Shown: in pieces, positions 34,082 to 47,814 of the stretch
How positions within the stretch are numbered: the stretch's first letter is position 1
How the letters are laid out: every line of letters begins with the position of its first letter
From: Paecilomyces variotii
Lineage: Eukaryota
DNA: 64,000 bases
Assembly (NCBI GenBank): GCA_004022145.1
Contig: RCNU01000006.1
Direction: 5' to 3' (one strand)
Notes under the pieces: generated by a model
Told to the model about the DNA's origin: nothing
The model's database searches: none
The model's input: the letters and a program-made list of their open reading frames with translations, nothing else
Position numbers and translations under genes: made by a program

Positions 34082-35248
34082 TTATCTTCTCCGGCTATAC
34101 TCGCCGTCGCTGTCGCTCAGGCTGTCTCTGCGTCTGCTGCGTCCATCGCGACGGTAGCCCTTGCTCAGAGCTGGGAGAGGATGGTGGTAGCTCTTGGTGC
34201 CGGTTTCCTCAGTCTCGGCGGCAGAGTATTGATATTCCGAATAAGAGGGCGCAGACGAGAAGTCGAGCGGCTCGTGGTAGTTGCCCACAGACGAACGTTC
34301 CCGCTTACGGGGGCTGCTGTGACGGGACGAGGGATGGGCACGGGATCGTTCGCCATCTCGACGTTCCCGCCGACGGTGCTGACGACGGGTCGAGTGACGA
34401 TCCCGGTCCCGACGAGAATACTCCTCTGGCGCTGCCCGACTGAGAACGTCCTCACTCCCGGCTTCGAACGAGAACCCAGAGGGGTTGCGGTTGCGTCGCT
34501 GTTCTTGACGGTAGGCAAAGTCACGCGACTCAGTCATTTCGCTCGAGTTGTATTCACTAGGAGCCGTTGGCGTGTATTCGCTGCCGTGATACGTGCCTTC
34601 AGGCTCCTGGTTGAGACCACCAACGCGAGCTGGCTTCTCACGACGATAAGCGCGCACATCCTCATCCGCTTCTCCTTCCCACTTCTCCTCCTTGCGTCTA
34701 CGCAGAAGCTTCATCTTAGCGGTCTCCTTGAGATTGCGCTTCTTGCGCGGCTTCTCTTCCGTCACTTCTGTCGCCGTCTCTGTCATCGCTGCGCTGTCTG
34801 TGACCGTCCATGCGTCGTCATAGTCGCTGTAACCTCTGCCGACGACACTGCCGCCACCAAGTTTAGTACTCTTGGTAGCATTACTAAGTGTTCTCCCATC
34901 AGGGCCCTTGCGTCGTAGAACTGTCGACTTGTACTCATCCCAATCGCCCTTCCGCCAGACGAACCCGCCATTCTTCGCCCAGAAGAAGAACCAAATCGCC
35001 CCCAATACGAAGCCTGCTCCGATGACGGCAAAGACAGCCTGGATAACATGCATGTTGACGTCTTGTGGAGGTATTGCTCCTTTCCCGGGACTGACATGCG
35101 TCGTCGAGGCAGATCGCGGCGCTAGGAGAAGGTTATGTTCCTCCACAGGGGCGGGATCCGGTGACGATTGAGAAACATCACGTCTGTCAAGGAACAGCGA
35201 TGACCCAACCATCCCGGGGATGTCCCCTACCAGCTGGACTGGCGGCAT
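34082..35248 (-). CDS. Conserved single-pass membrane protein with charged cytosolic tail, ~388 aa
   Basis: ATG at 35248 (MPPVQLVG). TM AVFAVIGAGFVLGAIWFFFW followed by AKNGGFVWRKGDWDEYKSTVLRRKGPDG, a block recalled from Pezizomycotina hypothetical proteins. Confidence 0.85.
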   Translation of the reverse strand: MPPVQLVGDIPGMVGSSLFLDRRDVSQSSPDPAPVEEHNLLLAPRSASTTHVSPGKGAIPPQDVNMHVIQAVFAVIGAGFVLGAIWFFFWAKNGGFVWRKGDWDEYKSTVLRRKGPDGRTLSNATKSTKLGGGSVVGRGYSDYDDAWTVTDSAAMTETATEVTEEKPRKKRNLKETAKMKLLRRRKEEKWEGEADEDVRAYRREKPARVGGLNQEPEGTYHGSEYTPTAPSEYNSSEMTESRDFAYRQEQRRNRNPSGFSFEAGSEDVLSRAAPEEYSRRDRDRHSTRRQHRRRERRDGERSRAHPSSRHSSPRKRERSSVGNYHEPLDFSSAPSYSEYQYSAAETEETGTKSYHHPLPALSKGYRRDGRSRRRDSLSDSDGEYSRRR

Positions 35249-36843
35249 GGTGGGCGAACAGTCTGTGTCAAGAGCACACAGCTCAAGAGAAGCCCTAGTA
35301 GAGTCAGCATGATATACCCCACAGTACTCGCTGCGCACGATCTGACTTTACCTCTGAGGCAATCAATCGCTCACAATGCAATGATAAGGAAACCTCGCGT
35401 GGGCTCGCACTGGTATGCAGATGTAGATTCCGATGAAATTGTGGAGATTGAGATAAGTTGCTGAGGAATGCAAACTAAATACCCCGGATTATGCTGGCCC
35501 CGTTAGTAGATCGACTTGTCGCTGGGTTGTCAGTTGCTGCGTCGAAAAGCAGAAAGAAATCACTAAGAGAGAGAGATGGAAGAAAGCCAGGACGCAAACT
35601 GGGGGATCTCTCCCACCATTATCTGGGCTTATCCCGTCCAGCCAGAAAACCCGGTGGTTGACCGAATCGATTAATAGAGAGGCTGGGGAGTCTGACGTTT
35701 TGTTTGGGCCGCGCGTTGTCACGGGCGATGGCTTATGTCAGCGGCCGATAAAGTCATGTGATCAGATGGCCGAACCGCAGTGGGGCGATCCGTGATAAGA
35801 TCAAGACTAAAAATAAGCCCCGAGGCAGATCTAAACTGTGGGATAACTAGGTATATACTACGCTTTTTGTTGAAGGTCTGGTATTACGGTCAGGTGGGAG
35901 TGAAGAATATACTACACAGGCAGATAGACTGTTTATTTTTATTGAAATAATAAGTTATCAAGTGGATTCCTACCGCTTCTACCGCTTCTAACCACCGCTC
36001 AGGACAGAGGTAGCAACAATAACAGAGACAAGGGCAGTGACGACGGCAATCTGCGGAGCAAACATCTGCATATTGCAACACACACGCAAAGCCATGGAGG
36101 AGATAGTTCATTGCGCATCCAGCAAGACCAGAGCGATGTTGAACTACAACTCCAGGCTGTAACAGCTAGCAGGCCCCGAAAAGATAGCATCAACAGGCGA
36201 AAGGCAAAGCGCTGTGCTCATAAACAGGGATGAATGGTTGGTGAGCACAAGGGGAAAAGCAAATCCAATACACACAGCTAGTAGGGTATATATAACGATA
36301 ACGTTCTTCCCAACCAGGGGCGACCCGCTTTTCCAGACCAGAAGCCAACCCAACATCCTTGACTTTTTAAACACATGAAATCATTGACCACATAACGAGT
36401 CATACAGTACGCGAGGCTGCATAGTAGTTAAAAGACGCAGTAGACCAAAAAGCAGCGCGCAGACGTCATTGCGAAAGTCATTAGAATCGTACAATCATAA
36501 CAACGTAAACAACGTGAGACATAGAGTCCGTGCGGATCCTGCCTTGCCACCGGAACAAGAAAATAAAAAGAAAAGATATATAGGAAACCCTGCATCCGAG
36601 ACCCATCGTTCGCATTACTCTTTGCGACCTTTTTGGACTGATCCAAGACCAGTCAAATTGCCAAACGCTTTTTCCCAGCTTTTTTTTTCCCCCATCAGAG
36701 AGCCGACCCAAGAAATGACCAACTTTTAAGCAGAGTGCATTGTCTTCTCAAAAGCGAAGCGAGTGGAGTGACTTTTCTGCCCGGCTGTTCGCTACCAGAA
36801 CGACAAGGAAATGGGCTTATGAGAGAGAACTTCGAAGGGTGAA

Positions 36844-38751
36844 CTACTCAAGGAGCCCCCGACTGCTGTACGTTGACCGACTAGAGCGCCGACTGGCGCG
36901 GTCTGATCGCCGGTCATCGCGTGAATGTCGGTCTTCGATTTCTCTCCGGCCACTCCCACTGGTGCTAGTGTAGTCAGAGCGTGACGTGATGTATTTCTTG
37001 GGGCGTCTTCCTTCAATATTCAGTTCGACGCCGCCCGTCTCCCCCGTTTTGAGGTTGATGCGCTTCCCACCAACTGATTCCTGAGAGAAACTCATGGTGA
37101 TACCGTTGACATTCATAGTAAAGCTGTGCTCTTCGTCGCCCTTGGAGCCAGTGCCGCTGCCATCGCGCGTCCTTGCGTCGCTTCCCCGGCTGCTGTTGGA
37201 GCGGCTCTTCTGGCTGCCGCTGTCACTGTCTGGTCTATGAGAGTTCTTGGCCTTGAACAGCGCATCAGCCGTCAGGGGGACCGGCTTGCCAGCTCGAGCG
37301 GCCTGGTATTCTTCTGCATCCCGTGCCTTGTCTTCCAGATCCCGGGTCGGAGTCTGGCTCTCATAGTCATATACTGACGTGCGGCGCCGGCGGGAATCCT
37401 CGATGGCAATGCGGCCGGGGCGAGAGGTCTCATGATAGGACGTCCGCCGATGTGCACCCCGCAGACTCTGACTGCGCTCGGGGATGATTGCATCCCGGAT
37501 GGGGTTTCGCAGGGGGCGGTCGGGAAGAGCATCCTCCAACTCCGACATATCCCACGTCTGGGAGCCACGCCGTGCTGTTCCGGTGGTTCCTGTAGTGGCC
37601 GACTTGCGGGGCAGGTCAGGACGCCTTTGGATCACCTGAGGTGGCTGTGGCTTGTGCTGTTTCACGGGAGGCGGCGGCATGAGGTAATAGTCTTCATCCC
37701 GATCGAATGTCTGAGAATAACGAGATGATCTCTGGTCCCGGGAGCTCTTTCGCTCCAGCGGCTCACCATCGTCATAGTCCGGTGTTGATGGTGCGTAGTT
37801 GACTACGGGCGGCCCGTATACAGACGATCGACGTCGAGACTTGGACTCCCTCGCTCGAGAGTCGAAGGGTTCGTGTTGTCGCTCGTAGGGGGACGGCGGA
37901 ACCGAGTCTTGTCGGGGGACGTATTGCAGCTGCTGCTGGTATGGAGACGGAGAGAACGACGATGCGTTTGTGTACGCGGATGCAGAGGGTGGAGGACCAC
38001 GGTCATACTGAGTCATGGTGCCCATGCCATACATCATGTTCACCTCGGGCGTCATGCCATGATAACTCAAGGGTCGACCATTCGGGTGGTAGACGCTGCT
38101 CGAGCGGCTGCCACGACGACCTCGCTGGGCGATCTGGATCTCAGGACCGTATGGAGGAGGATAACGGGCGGACTGAGGCGATGGGGGTGCTGGTGGGAAG
38201 TCATGGACTGAAGGCGGCTGAGAGGCGTAGTAGGGATAATCTAAGGCTCGAGGATCGATGGGTGTCGACGGATGATAGAGACCCTGCTCACACTCCCAGC
38301 AACTGCCAGGATGATGGCGGACGTTGACACTGTCACGTCTCTTGGGCTTCGATGGCGACCGCTGGTGCGATGCGACCCGGGTCGAACTGCGTAGGGACTC
38401 GACAGGCATCTTGCCGGGCATGGCTGGTCGCTGGTTTTCCTTCTCCTTTCCCTTGTCCTTGCGACTTTCACGGATTTCACGAATCTTTGCCAGATCGATA
38501 CCCCTCAGTGTGGTGTTCACTTTAAGAGGGGTCGGGCTTCTCCGTCCGCTGGGGCCGGACTGGGCACTGTTGACGGTCGCTGCAGTCCGACTGGAATAGC
38601 CGGAGTCACTTGCACCGTCCGCTGCAGGTCTCAATTCAGTCTTGGACCGTTTTGCGGCGACGTTGGCGACTCTACGGGTGTCTGGGAGAATGACGTTGGC
38701 GTCCTCGTCGTACTCCTCGCAGAAGGCAGCGTGAGGGACTCTGCCCGACAT
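36844..38751 (-). CDS. Uncharacterized, largely disordered Ser/Pro/Arg-rich protein, ~635 aa
   Basis: Long ORF with ATG at 38751 (AAAGCCATG; MSGRVPHAAFCEEYDED); SDSGYSS motif, HHPGSCWEC, C-terminal beta-rich FTMNVNGITMSF segment. Confidence 0.82.
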   Translation of the reverse strand: MSGRVPHAAFCEEYDEDANVILPDTRRVANVAAKRSKTELRPAADGASDSGYSSRTAATVNSAQSGPSGRRSPTPLKVNTTLRGIDLAKIREIRESRKDKGKEKENQRPAMPGKMPVESLRSSTRVASHQRSPSKPKRRDSVNVRHHPGSCWECEQGLYHPSTPIDPRALDYPYYASQPPSVHDFPPAPPSPQSARYPPPYGPEIQIAQRGRRGSRSSSVYHPNGRPLSYHGMTPEVNMMYGMGTMTQYDRGPPPSASAYTNASSFSPSPYQQQLQYVPRQDSVPPSPYERQHEPFDSRARESKSRRRSSVYGPPVVNYAPSTPDYDDGEPLERKSSRDQRSSRYSQTFDRDEDYYLMPPPPVKQHKPQPPQVIQRRPDLPRKSATTGTTGTARRGSQTWDMSELEDALPDRPLRNPIRDAIIPERSQSLRGAHRRTSYHETSRPGRIAIEDSRRRRTSVYDYESQTPTRDLEDKARDAEEYQAARAGKPVPLTADALFKAKNSHRPDSDSGSQKSRSNSSRGSDARTRDGSGTGSKGDEEHSFTMNVNGITMSFSQESVGGKRINLKTGETGGVELNIEGRRPKKYITSRSDYTSTSGSGRREIEDRHSRDDRRSDRASRRSSRSTYSSRGLLE

Positions 38752-40286
38752 GGCTTTCTTTTTGAATTTTTGTCTTGCTTTTCGCTTCGCGCTATTGTCT
38801 AGACCGTGCGATCTCTCAGCCGGACGGCGTGAGGGCCAGGTGATCGCCTCGAATCCCGAGGGGTTGGGGCGACAATCGTGCTTGATGCTTGGCCAGTGAC
38901 TCAACGCAGGCGCCAGCCAGCTCCCATTCCACCTTTGCACCAGGACCTAGAATCTGCTGATCGCAGAGGCAATGGCCGCAGCGACCGGTCTCGAGGGTTG
39001 TCAGCGACGGGCGACGACTGGGAATTGGTAGTCAATATCCACAGTGGCCTGCGACTGCTCCATCGAAACCTGTCCGGTTGCTGTTCGGTGGATGCTGCTG
39101 GGTGAGAGTGGATGGAAAGCACCGGCGCACGGGTCGACGAACGCTTTCTGGCAGACTCTCAGTGGGTAAAAAGCAGGTCTGTCGAAAGGACCGTCGAGTG
39201 GTCTGCAGCGCGCAGGCGTTGTCAGCGGCGGTTCAATGATCTGGCGCAGCGTACAGACGTGCTGCTTGGTGGGGTTTCCTTTGTGGTGGAGATGCCGAAG
39301 GGATGTAGAGCGATCAAAGAGGAATAATGAATCCAGGCCGCAGTACAGTACAGGACAAGACAGGATAGGATAGGACAGGACTCAGAAGAGAGGAAGAGTA
39401 GGAGGAACGGGCAGCAGTAGTTGTAATAATAATAATAGCCACGAAGCAGGAGTGACAGGTGCCTATGAACCGGTGCGACGCAGGTCAGTAGTTGCGCAAG
39501 GTTCGAAGCGTGTTCGCGTGGGTGGGCAGCAGCACGAGACAGACGCCGTCGAAGGGTGTGTGCACAAGAGAGGAGAAAAAAGAGAATAAAGAGACCAGTC
39601 GAGTCACTTTTCGCGGCACTTGCCACGAGGGAGGGGGAAGAGAAAGGGAAAAAAAAAAGAAGGGTAAGACAGGACCGGACAAGACAGGCTGAAGGGGTGA
39701 GCGACAGAGGGAGAAAACGGAGGGGGATTCGTTGAAGGAGGGAGGGTAACGGGCAGGACACAGCAAATGGGCGCAGCAGGAAGCGAGATGCGAGACAGAA
39801 CGACGAACAATGTGCAGCGTTTCTGGTTCGACAGTCGATGTCGCTAGTCAGAATACTTTAGTCCTGGTGGGGGAAAGACGGTACAAGAAAATTTAATAAA
39901 AAAAAAGGATGAAGGATGAAACGATGCCTGATATGCAGCCCGTTGGCGACCTGACGATAGGGCATGTATGTATGGTACTGTACATACAAGCAGAATGAAG
40001 AGAGACACTAACTGTTGCTTAGTGATTAATTGGAGAGGTATAATAATTATCTCTGCTCGAGATCCTTTTGTCGCTTGGTTATTTTCTTTCGATCAATGCA
40101 ATTTATAATAACCAGAAAAAAGTCTTTCTTTTTCCTTCTTCTTTTCTCATGGGATCACCGGACAGAACAGTCGCAAGAGATCGAGGACGTCTGGCTGTTG
40201 CATCGTGGGGAGGGTAGCGACCAAGTTTAAAATCTCCGGGGAGAAACCAGCTTTCGGGCTGGCACGGATGGAACGAGGAAGCAGAC

Positions 40287-40308
40287 GGGATGGGATGGGA
40301 TGGGATGG
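40287..40308. repeat. (GGGAT)n pentanucleotide microsatellite
   Basis: gggatgggatgggatgggatgg. Confidence 0.8.
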
Positions 40309-41106
40309 ACGAGATTAAACAGAATCACCACCAGGACGAGAGCAAAAAGAAGACATCGCGATAGTTCTACACCGTTGAGGATTATATACTTACTCCCATG
40401 CCCATTCTGATCAACCCGTCAACCCACTCTCATTCCATGGATCCGTCCTCGCTTCGTCCCGTGGTTCCTGCTTGTTTATTATTATTATTACTTATCTAAG
40501 TAGAGTAACTGACTATGGTAATTAATTAATGAATGAGTCAATCAATCAAATGAATCGATCAATCAATCAACCATACAATCCTTGACGAGGTGACTAGATA
40601 CCATACTCCTCCTTCCGCTCATCCCTCCTACTTCTCCGTTTCATCCTCTCGTCCTTGTCCCCCCTCCATGGCCTCGTGTATGGATGGGTGCCTGGCCGGT
40701 CTCTTTCAGATCCGCCATGGTTGGCTGCCCAAGAGCCCAATCACCGGATGCAGCCCAATCGTCGCCTCTCAGCATCAAGTCCAGCATCGTCAGGTGGCGA
40801 GGAACAGGAGTAGAAGCCAGGCTAACCCAGCAACTAATGAGTTAAATTTCCTCGAATCAGTCTAGGCAGGATATCATGCTGACTGTGTATACAAGGCAGA
40901 AAGGAACTATGAGTCAAGACGCCATGCAAGGGAGGACGGCTGCACGCTCTTTGGGAGATGGGGGAGAGGGAGGGGGAATAATCTCCCTGCTTTTCACTGC
41001 CACTCTGATCTTCTTCCAATTACTTAGTTACTTACTCGGGATTCCAAAGGACAAATTCCCCGTCTGCGCACGGCGGATTCAGCCTTGGTTTGGTCTGGAG
41101 CGCATG

Positions 41107-41132
41107 AAAAAAAAAAAAAAAAAAAAAAAAAA
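41107..41132. repeat. Poly-A tract (26 nt) followed by A/G-rich low complexity
   Basis: Direct reading of the sequence. Confidence 0.9.
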
Positions 41133-44100
41133 GAAAGAAAGAAATGAAATGAAAAGAGAAAAAAAAAGCCTTCATCGCTCCAACAGTTCCGGATGGCCCA
41201 CGAAGGATCGCCAATGGCCAATGTCGCCGTCAACAACTGCAGCCCTGGAAGAAAACCGACGGTGGCTTCATCGCGGCTGATTTTCTCTCCGTCATCGCAC
41301 GTTCTCCGGTCCATCCTGCTGGGAACCTGGGATTGCATTGGCATTTCGGGCACTAAGTAAGTAAGTAAGTGATAATAATGCCGCAGGACTGTCTATCACA
41401 GATCCTCCAGCGGTCCAGCCTATGTGAGTCCATCAAGCACCGTCGAGTCCGGAATGGCTTTTGTTCGTCCTTTCATTATCCACGAGTAGAGCAATAATAA
41501 TACCGTCCCTGGCAGCTTGCAGAATCAGATATGATGTAATCTGATGATATTCATATTGTCCAAAGGGATTTTCTTTGTTCTTTTTTTATGGATTATCTTA
41601 TCGCTTACGCTTGGGGAGTATCACTTGATTTTCTTTGGCTGTATAAAAAATTATGCTGTTAATTCGGGCTTTTCTAATATTCTTTTATTTATTATTGATT
41701 ATTGATTATTTATTTGATTTTTATTTCCCCTTTTCTTCCCCCAGCAAATCTGCCGGGTGCGTGATTTTGATGGGTCTGGAGATAATGGGACAGTAGGAAG
41801 GGTCTGAGAGAACCCCTCCATTCCCCTCAATAATTAGCCCCCCCTCCATCTACCTACAGAATCTCCGTCGGGAACCAGAGCACACTTCCCGTTCGCTGAT
41901 CATCCACAACCCCAGCACGGGCTTCACTGATCACCCCGCGTGGACTGCGATAGATGTCAACATCTCCGTCCATCTAAGCCAGGGATCGATCTATCCAGCG
42001 ATATCGCTGTCGCGGGACGAACATGCGAAACCAGGGGACCCTGCTGGGCAGCTCGATCGTCCCGATTATTCTCGTGCGCAAACGGGAATCTCCTCCGTCA
42101 CTGCGGCATACGTGAGTTGCAGCGTTCGTGCATCTCGATCTCTTGCAATGACGTTGACGAGGGGCTGTCGAGTTCTCTGGTGGCGCGCGCAGTAATACTA
42201 TACTGGTCTAGTCATGGTTTACAATCCTTTTGGGCTGGCTCCCCGGAGTTTCCTCGCACCCTTAGATGGACTCCGTTTCCTAGCAGACCAGTCAGTATCT
42301 TGAGTTCACTCTCTTCTCATATCTTCACAACTTACAGCCCTCGAAACAACCCATCTCATGGAAGAGAGCCAGGGTAGTTCAATCGCATTGCTGCCCGGCC
42401 TCAGCCTGAGACCCAGGGCGTCGTTGCCACAATGTCCCTGTCGCGATATCTGTTAAGGATTTGGTCTCGCAAGTGAGGCAAAATGGCCACGCAGAAGCGA
42501 CAATAGCACAAGGCCACGTTCAAAAGCGTGAGCACGCTGCCGATTTCCAAAAGTGAATCTTAGAAGATATCAATGTCCGATGCTGGGAAGATTGGGTGAC
42601 GAAGCACGTAATTCGCCTCAGTGCTGCCAAATGACCAAATCCGCCAGGTATGTTCTTTCTTGCCCTAAACAAATATCCTTCACCAGTCATTTTGTTTCTT
42701 GGGTAGTATAGGTCAGGATAGCAAGCCATATACCTCCGTGAAGCCTTCACTGGCTTGAAGGTCGAGATCAGAGACTGTCAGTCTTGACACTTCCCCATAC
42801 CCCAGGGTTTACTCCATCTGGGGTGTTGCACAGCGTCCCTCCCAGGGTCAGCATCCTATAGAGAAAGAACACAATGCTCGGGTCAGAGATTGGATATAGA
42901 AGATCCTTCCTTTTCCATCCGGAGTACGCTGACCCGCCAGTGGTCTTCTTCTGAGAAATGCATTCCGGTACCGTACCCTTATCGCACGACAGTATTGCAT
43001 CAAGCCTTGCTTCCATTTAACCGCCTCATTCCGCATCCAATGGATGCCTTGGACCATAAAAGAGCCTTTTTTCCGAGATGGCAGTGTTCCGGACGGCGCC
43101 TCGTTCTGTCTCAATTCCGCAAGGGATAGTCGATCGAACCGTTCTGTTGTTAGTTCTCGTCGGCTCTTGAAGAAGCTTCACAGGTAGCCTCGACAAAAGG
43201 TCGCATACATAACATCACCATACTGTTCGTCACGGCCTGTACAAAGTGTATGAGCCTGTGACGTGATACGCCCTCTCGCGGCTTTCCATGCCTCACCGCT
43301 CTTTGATTTGAGATTGGAGCAATGTGACGCGACACGGTTGCACGGACTCGGGTAAGCCATTCAGGGCATACTGACCTTCAGGAGTCTTGCAGGTTATTTT
43401 CATCATGAGGGCCTGGGACCATCACCAGGAATACGTAGTCGCCCTACCGTACTCTTGGGATTGTTTGAGGCAACGGTCACAACATGTTTCCGTCATGCCA
43501 TACGATACGCGACTGAAGTTGCCTTTTCTGCTGCAGTTGCACCTTTCAAGAAGTCCTGAGATGATACCGTCGATCCGATCCGCAGTAGAAAGTCTAGAAC
43601 ATCTGAAAGTAAACATGGTCAGAATACATAAGACTAGTTAGTCACTTGTCGTGGAGAATCGTCACGGCCGGTGGATCGCAGCCTGCGTAGCTCACGAGAG
43701 ACGGCTTTACGCGTGGCACGGAGTCCTCTGCGCCCGTCAGGGGCGGTTGATGCCTCGCAAGTCTCTTCGTCTGTGTCTCTCATGCCACGGCTGGCGATCG
43801 CTCGCACTGTTTTAATATTAGCATCTCAGTGGAGCAGAACAGATCGATCGAGGGCGTGATGGACCCGTGTGGGGAAGGCGGCCATTGAAGGCAATCAGCC
43901 GCTGCGGAAACAGATTCGTGCCAACGCACCAGACAGAAGAAGAATCCAATTTCAATATCAATACATTGTGGATTGACACGGTACATAATAATTCCTACCA
44001 GTACTTTGTTAGCGAATAATAATCACCACTCCTCCCGAATGACCTTGCATATACATACATCACGCTAGGTATACATGGTTCCTGGTGTTGTTTCTGTTCT

Positions 44101-44840
44101 AAGTAACTATCCCCATCCTACGATCGCACGGTGCACCCCCAGGTCTCTGCAGTCAGTCTCGATCTCGACTTCTCTGGGGTCTGGATCCGTGTGGATAAAT
44201 AGCCTGAAACTAAACACGACGAGTAAATTAACCGCTCTAATACTGTATGTACTCCGTACTTAAATCCCCGTGCGGATACGGCGGCTAGTTCGAGCTAGTT
44301 TGACCTGTGCTTAATTGATTATTGTAGCTTAGATGTGAGAAACTCCTATCGTCACGATACGGAGTAAGTAATTAGTTAACTACAGTGCTAACTATGTACG
44401 TGTCTCCAGGTCCACGTAGTGTACCTGTACTTGTACCTAAACGGTCTCTTGCAGAATATGCCCGGTACTAGTACCCAAACATATATGTACATGCAGAGGT
44501 ACTTGAGTACTGTACCTACTACTAGTAGGAATTTTAATCATAATCATCTCACACCGTTGTGTGAACAAGTGGCATGTATTTCGGAGTTGAGCTTTAAATC
44601 TATTTATTTGAGGTCGAGTCGAATTTAGTGACTTACCTACTCTATGTCTAATTAGGAGAAGGTTAGTTAGCAGTTGGTTAGTGGTTTTGGTGAATATCAG
44701 GTTGTAGGCTGAATATCGTTGTCGTAAGTTTCCCCAGAGTCTGCGCTCGAGTACATGTACTGTACTACTAAACTAACGATGGTATGGCTACTTGCATTTC
44801 AATATTTATATGGAGATAGACGTATGTATATGTACCTACT

Positions 44841-44864
44841 GTATGTATGTATGTATGTATGTAT
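44841..44864. repeat. (GTAT)n microsatellite within a TAC/GTA-rich region
   Basis: gtatgtatgtatgtatgtatgtat; similar shorter runs near 45384-45397. Confidence 0.85.
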
Positions 44865-47814
44865 GTACATACTACATATCCATGCACACTTTCGTATGGA
44901 GACGTTACTTCTCTCCGGAGTCCAGACAGAAAGACAACTCTCAATACCTAACTACGTTTCGGACACCATTTCCATTTTAGTTAATCTCCTCCACCTATCC
45001 AGGGAAATTATAATACTTATAAGCAAGGAAACTGCCTATAGCTCCATATTATTGCTCTTTCCCCTTACGTGAGACCAGCCTCATCCAGCTTAGCTTTAGC
45101 CTCACCTAGGCGAGGTACTGATATCCAATCATATCCTGATTCGTGCAATTAGACGGGTAAACAGAGAGAAAAAATCAACGAGTAGGCATAGAGCTCAGAC
45201 TAGAGTCGAGATGCGGAGGCGGGTCTCTTCATTCGTGTAGTTTGTGCTGATGCAGTAGTATGGAGGTATGTCCATACAATACATACAATATAGTAGAGGT
45301 TAGGACCTGCTTGCTGAGAAGGGATTGCATTGCATTGCGTTTTGCAGGAATGTACTGTAGTATGTCTGTCTATCTGTCTGCCTGTATGTATGTATGTACG
45401 GGGGAAGGGAAAATGAAGTAAACACTAGTTATTCGGAGTTGTATCCAAATTACACTTAGTGGTTGGCTGCCTGGTTCATTTGTTCGTCGGTCAAGAAACG
45501 ATATATGTATGCACTTTTGGTATGTCTGTACATGTCATGTACACGTACATGTACAGACATACATAAGGACCAAGCCCCGATAGGTACGTACGTTGAAATC
45601 AAGACTCTGGGCTCTGAATAGCCCCCCTATTAACGTGCATCTATGTCGTTTCGCATGGCCACATGACACGCATAGATGGGTCTTTGTCTTCGCGGTGCGA
45701 ATTGGAAGACGCTTATTCTCGGTGAGCATGGAGATAATGGATGATTACGCCGTCGAGGTAGGTGTGGTGTGATAGGTGTGTTGGACGAGGAGGAAGATGA
45801 TGCGGATATTGATCTTCCGGGATTTGGGGCCGAGGTGGTGTTGTTGGGTGCCGCATAGGTTTGGAGGTAAGATGGAGTTAGTCGAGCCGCCTTCATGATC
45901 GAGGCTTTCACTAGGATATGGGATGGACGCTGGGTTATTCCTGGGGAAGAAGAGGTCGTTGCCTTGTTTCTCCGGATAGTCCTCGGGGTACGTAAGTGTC
46001 TTCTTCTGCTAACTATCTCCTGTACCACTGAGTACATCGACGCTTACCACTATCAGATCCAGCTATCTCTGCATTAACGAACGACCGTCTCCACGAAAAT
46101 ATAAGCCAGCCTTTTCTTTTCTCTGACAGCTCGCACTTAACTGTGTCCAGTCCTCCCCGACAATTCCACTTCTTGCTATTTACTTACTTACCCGGACCAC
46201 GCAGCAGCCAGCCACCGTCGATACGGCCAACCCTCACGCGCATGAAACATGGAACGTGAATGGAAGAATAGAATATTCTTCGAGATTAAGTTTCGTAGCT
46301 GGCTGGCTGGCTTGACCGTTCGAAGCTTATTCAAGGTTCGCTCACCGCTTGTTTGACGTCGGGTCACTCTCGTCTATCAGGACGGGGACGTGTTGAGAGA
46401 TAGTGTATTTATCAGGTTGAGATAAGAGATCTTGCGAAATAGTCGATGGGAGGTGAGTAGATGATGTCGATCATTAATGAACGGGAGATGGGAATGACTT
46501 GGGAAGCTGTCTTGTTGGGACTGCGCTTTGTACTATATGTACAATACGGTGTAGCCGTGTAGATGATAAGCTGGAAACTTGAGCGATGGTCCCAGGATGA
46601 TTGAGGGAAACCGATATTGCTCGCTGAGTATCTGATTAGCAGTCTTTCATTACTGGTACGATGTTGTTATAAACAGTCAAGAATTGAAATGCAAGACATA
46701 TTTGTTGTAGTTAAAAGTAGTAAATATCATGATCGTTTTCATGTGCGAAATCATTTGAGATATTTTTTAGCTTTAGTTGATGGCCTTTGTTAGTCGATCA
46801 AAAGGAGAACTCCTGTTTGGCTACCTGGATCTAACAAGTAGTTGCTATTGTCCAAGGCTATATTGGTGTCGCCGTCTGAAACTTATGCTTAGTTTTCATG
46901 CGCTCTTCTCAAGATTCCCATTTGTCCTCCAAGGCTCGTCCGCCACAGCCCGTAGGTGCGAGCTTTATTTCAATTTCAATATTCGAAGCATACACAGTCT
47001 CGCTTAATGGCGCTCTTTGCATAGTTCTAGGATTGAAGGCATTGAGGAATTTTGTTATAACTATCAGTTCCCATCCCAGAGCTTTTGAACCTGTCTTAGG
47101 TAAGTGAGCGCTTATAATCTTGCAACGGCTCTCCCAACTCACATCTTGGTTATTTAAAAAGATTATACGGGAATCAACTCGTGACCCATCTCTTCTTCCA
47201 CGCCCTGGGGATATGGCAAGGGCAAGGGCCGGGGTACTACCAAACACGTTCGACACCAGTATCTGAAAGCATACGCTGAATGGAACTCAGACTCCTTTTA
47301 ATGAAGTGCCTTCTTCGTTCTCATTGAGTTCGAAATGCTGACGCATTATCTTCGTAGCAGAAATTGCAAGATGGAGCAATTCAGAGTCGCCAGTTGCTAG
47401 TTCAGTTGGCCACGCTAAGCAGGACCAATACGGTGAAGCACGAAAATATGGCACGGTTGACGAGCCTTACTGTATTCGTGCATCGTGATTATCGCAACAT
47501 CGCCGATACCCCGCGATTACTGCGCCAGCTTTATCATCTTCACCATATTCTGGCGTGAGCAGGCGTCCTTGTGGAACGTACCCTCATGGTATATTGTTGA
47601 TTGTTGCTCGGTTTAGGTCGATATCGGGTGATATATCTTTGGGAGGCTGATACGGTTGCTAAGCAAGAGGTAGGGATGATTTTCTTTTCCTGGTGGATGC
47701 TTGCTGGTCTGCGAAGCTGATGTAATAGCATACACAGGGCCCTCATAACTGTCTTGTTGCTACAGTGCCGCCGATTTGTTCTCGGAGGTGACTTACGAGA
47801 CTAGGACAGGAGAG

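Noticed and set aside
33992..34918. 308-aa plus-strand ORF
   Set aside because: Antisense shadow of the well-supported minus-strand membrane protein gene; no recognisable motifs.
39222..41353. ORFs of 90-180 aa in the long intergenic region
   Set aside because: Low-complexity purine/pyrimidine tracts, mostly non-ATG starts, no motifs.
45987..46056. Intron-like signals on the + strand (GTAAGT, GCTAAC, CAG)
   Set aside because: Donor-to-branch distance is too short and no coding exons could be joined.
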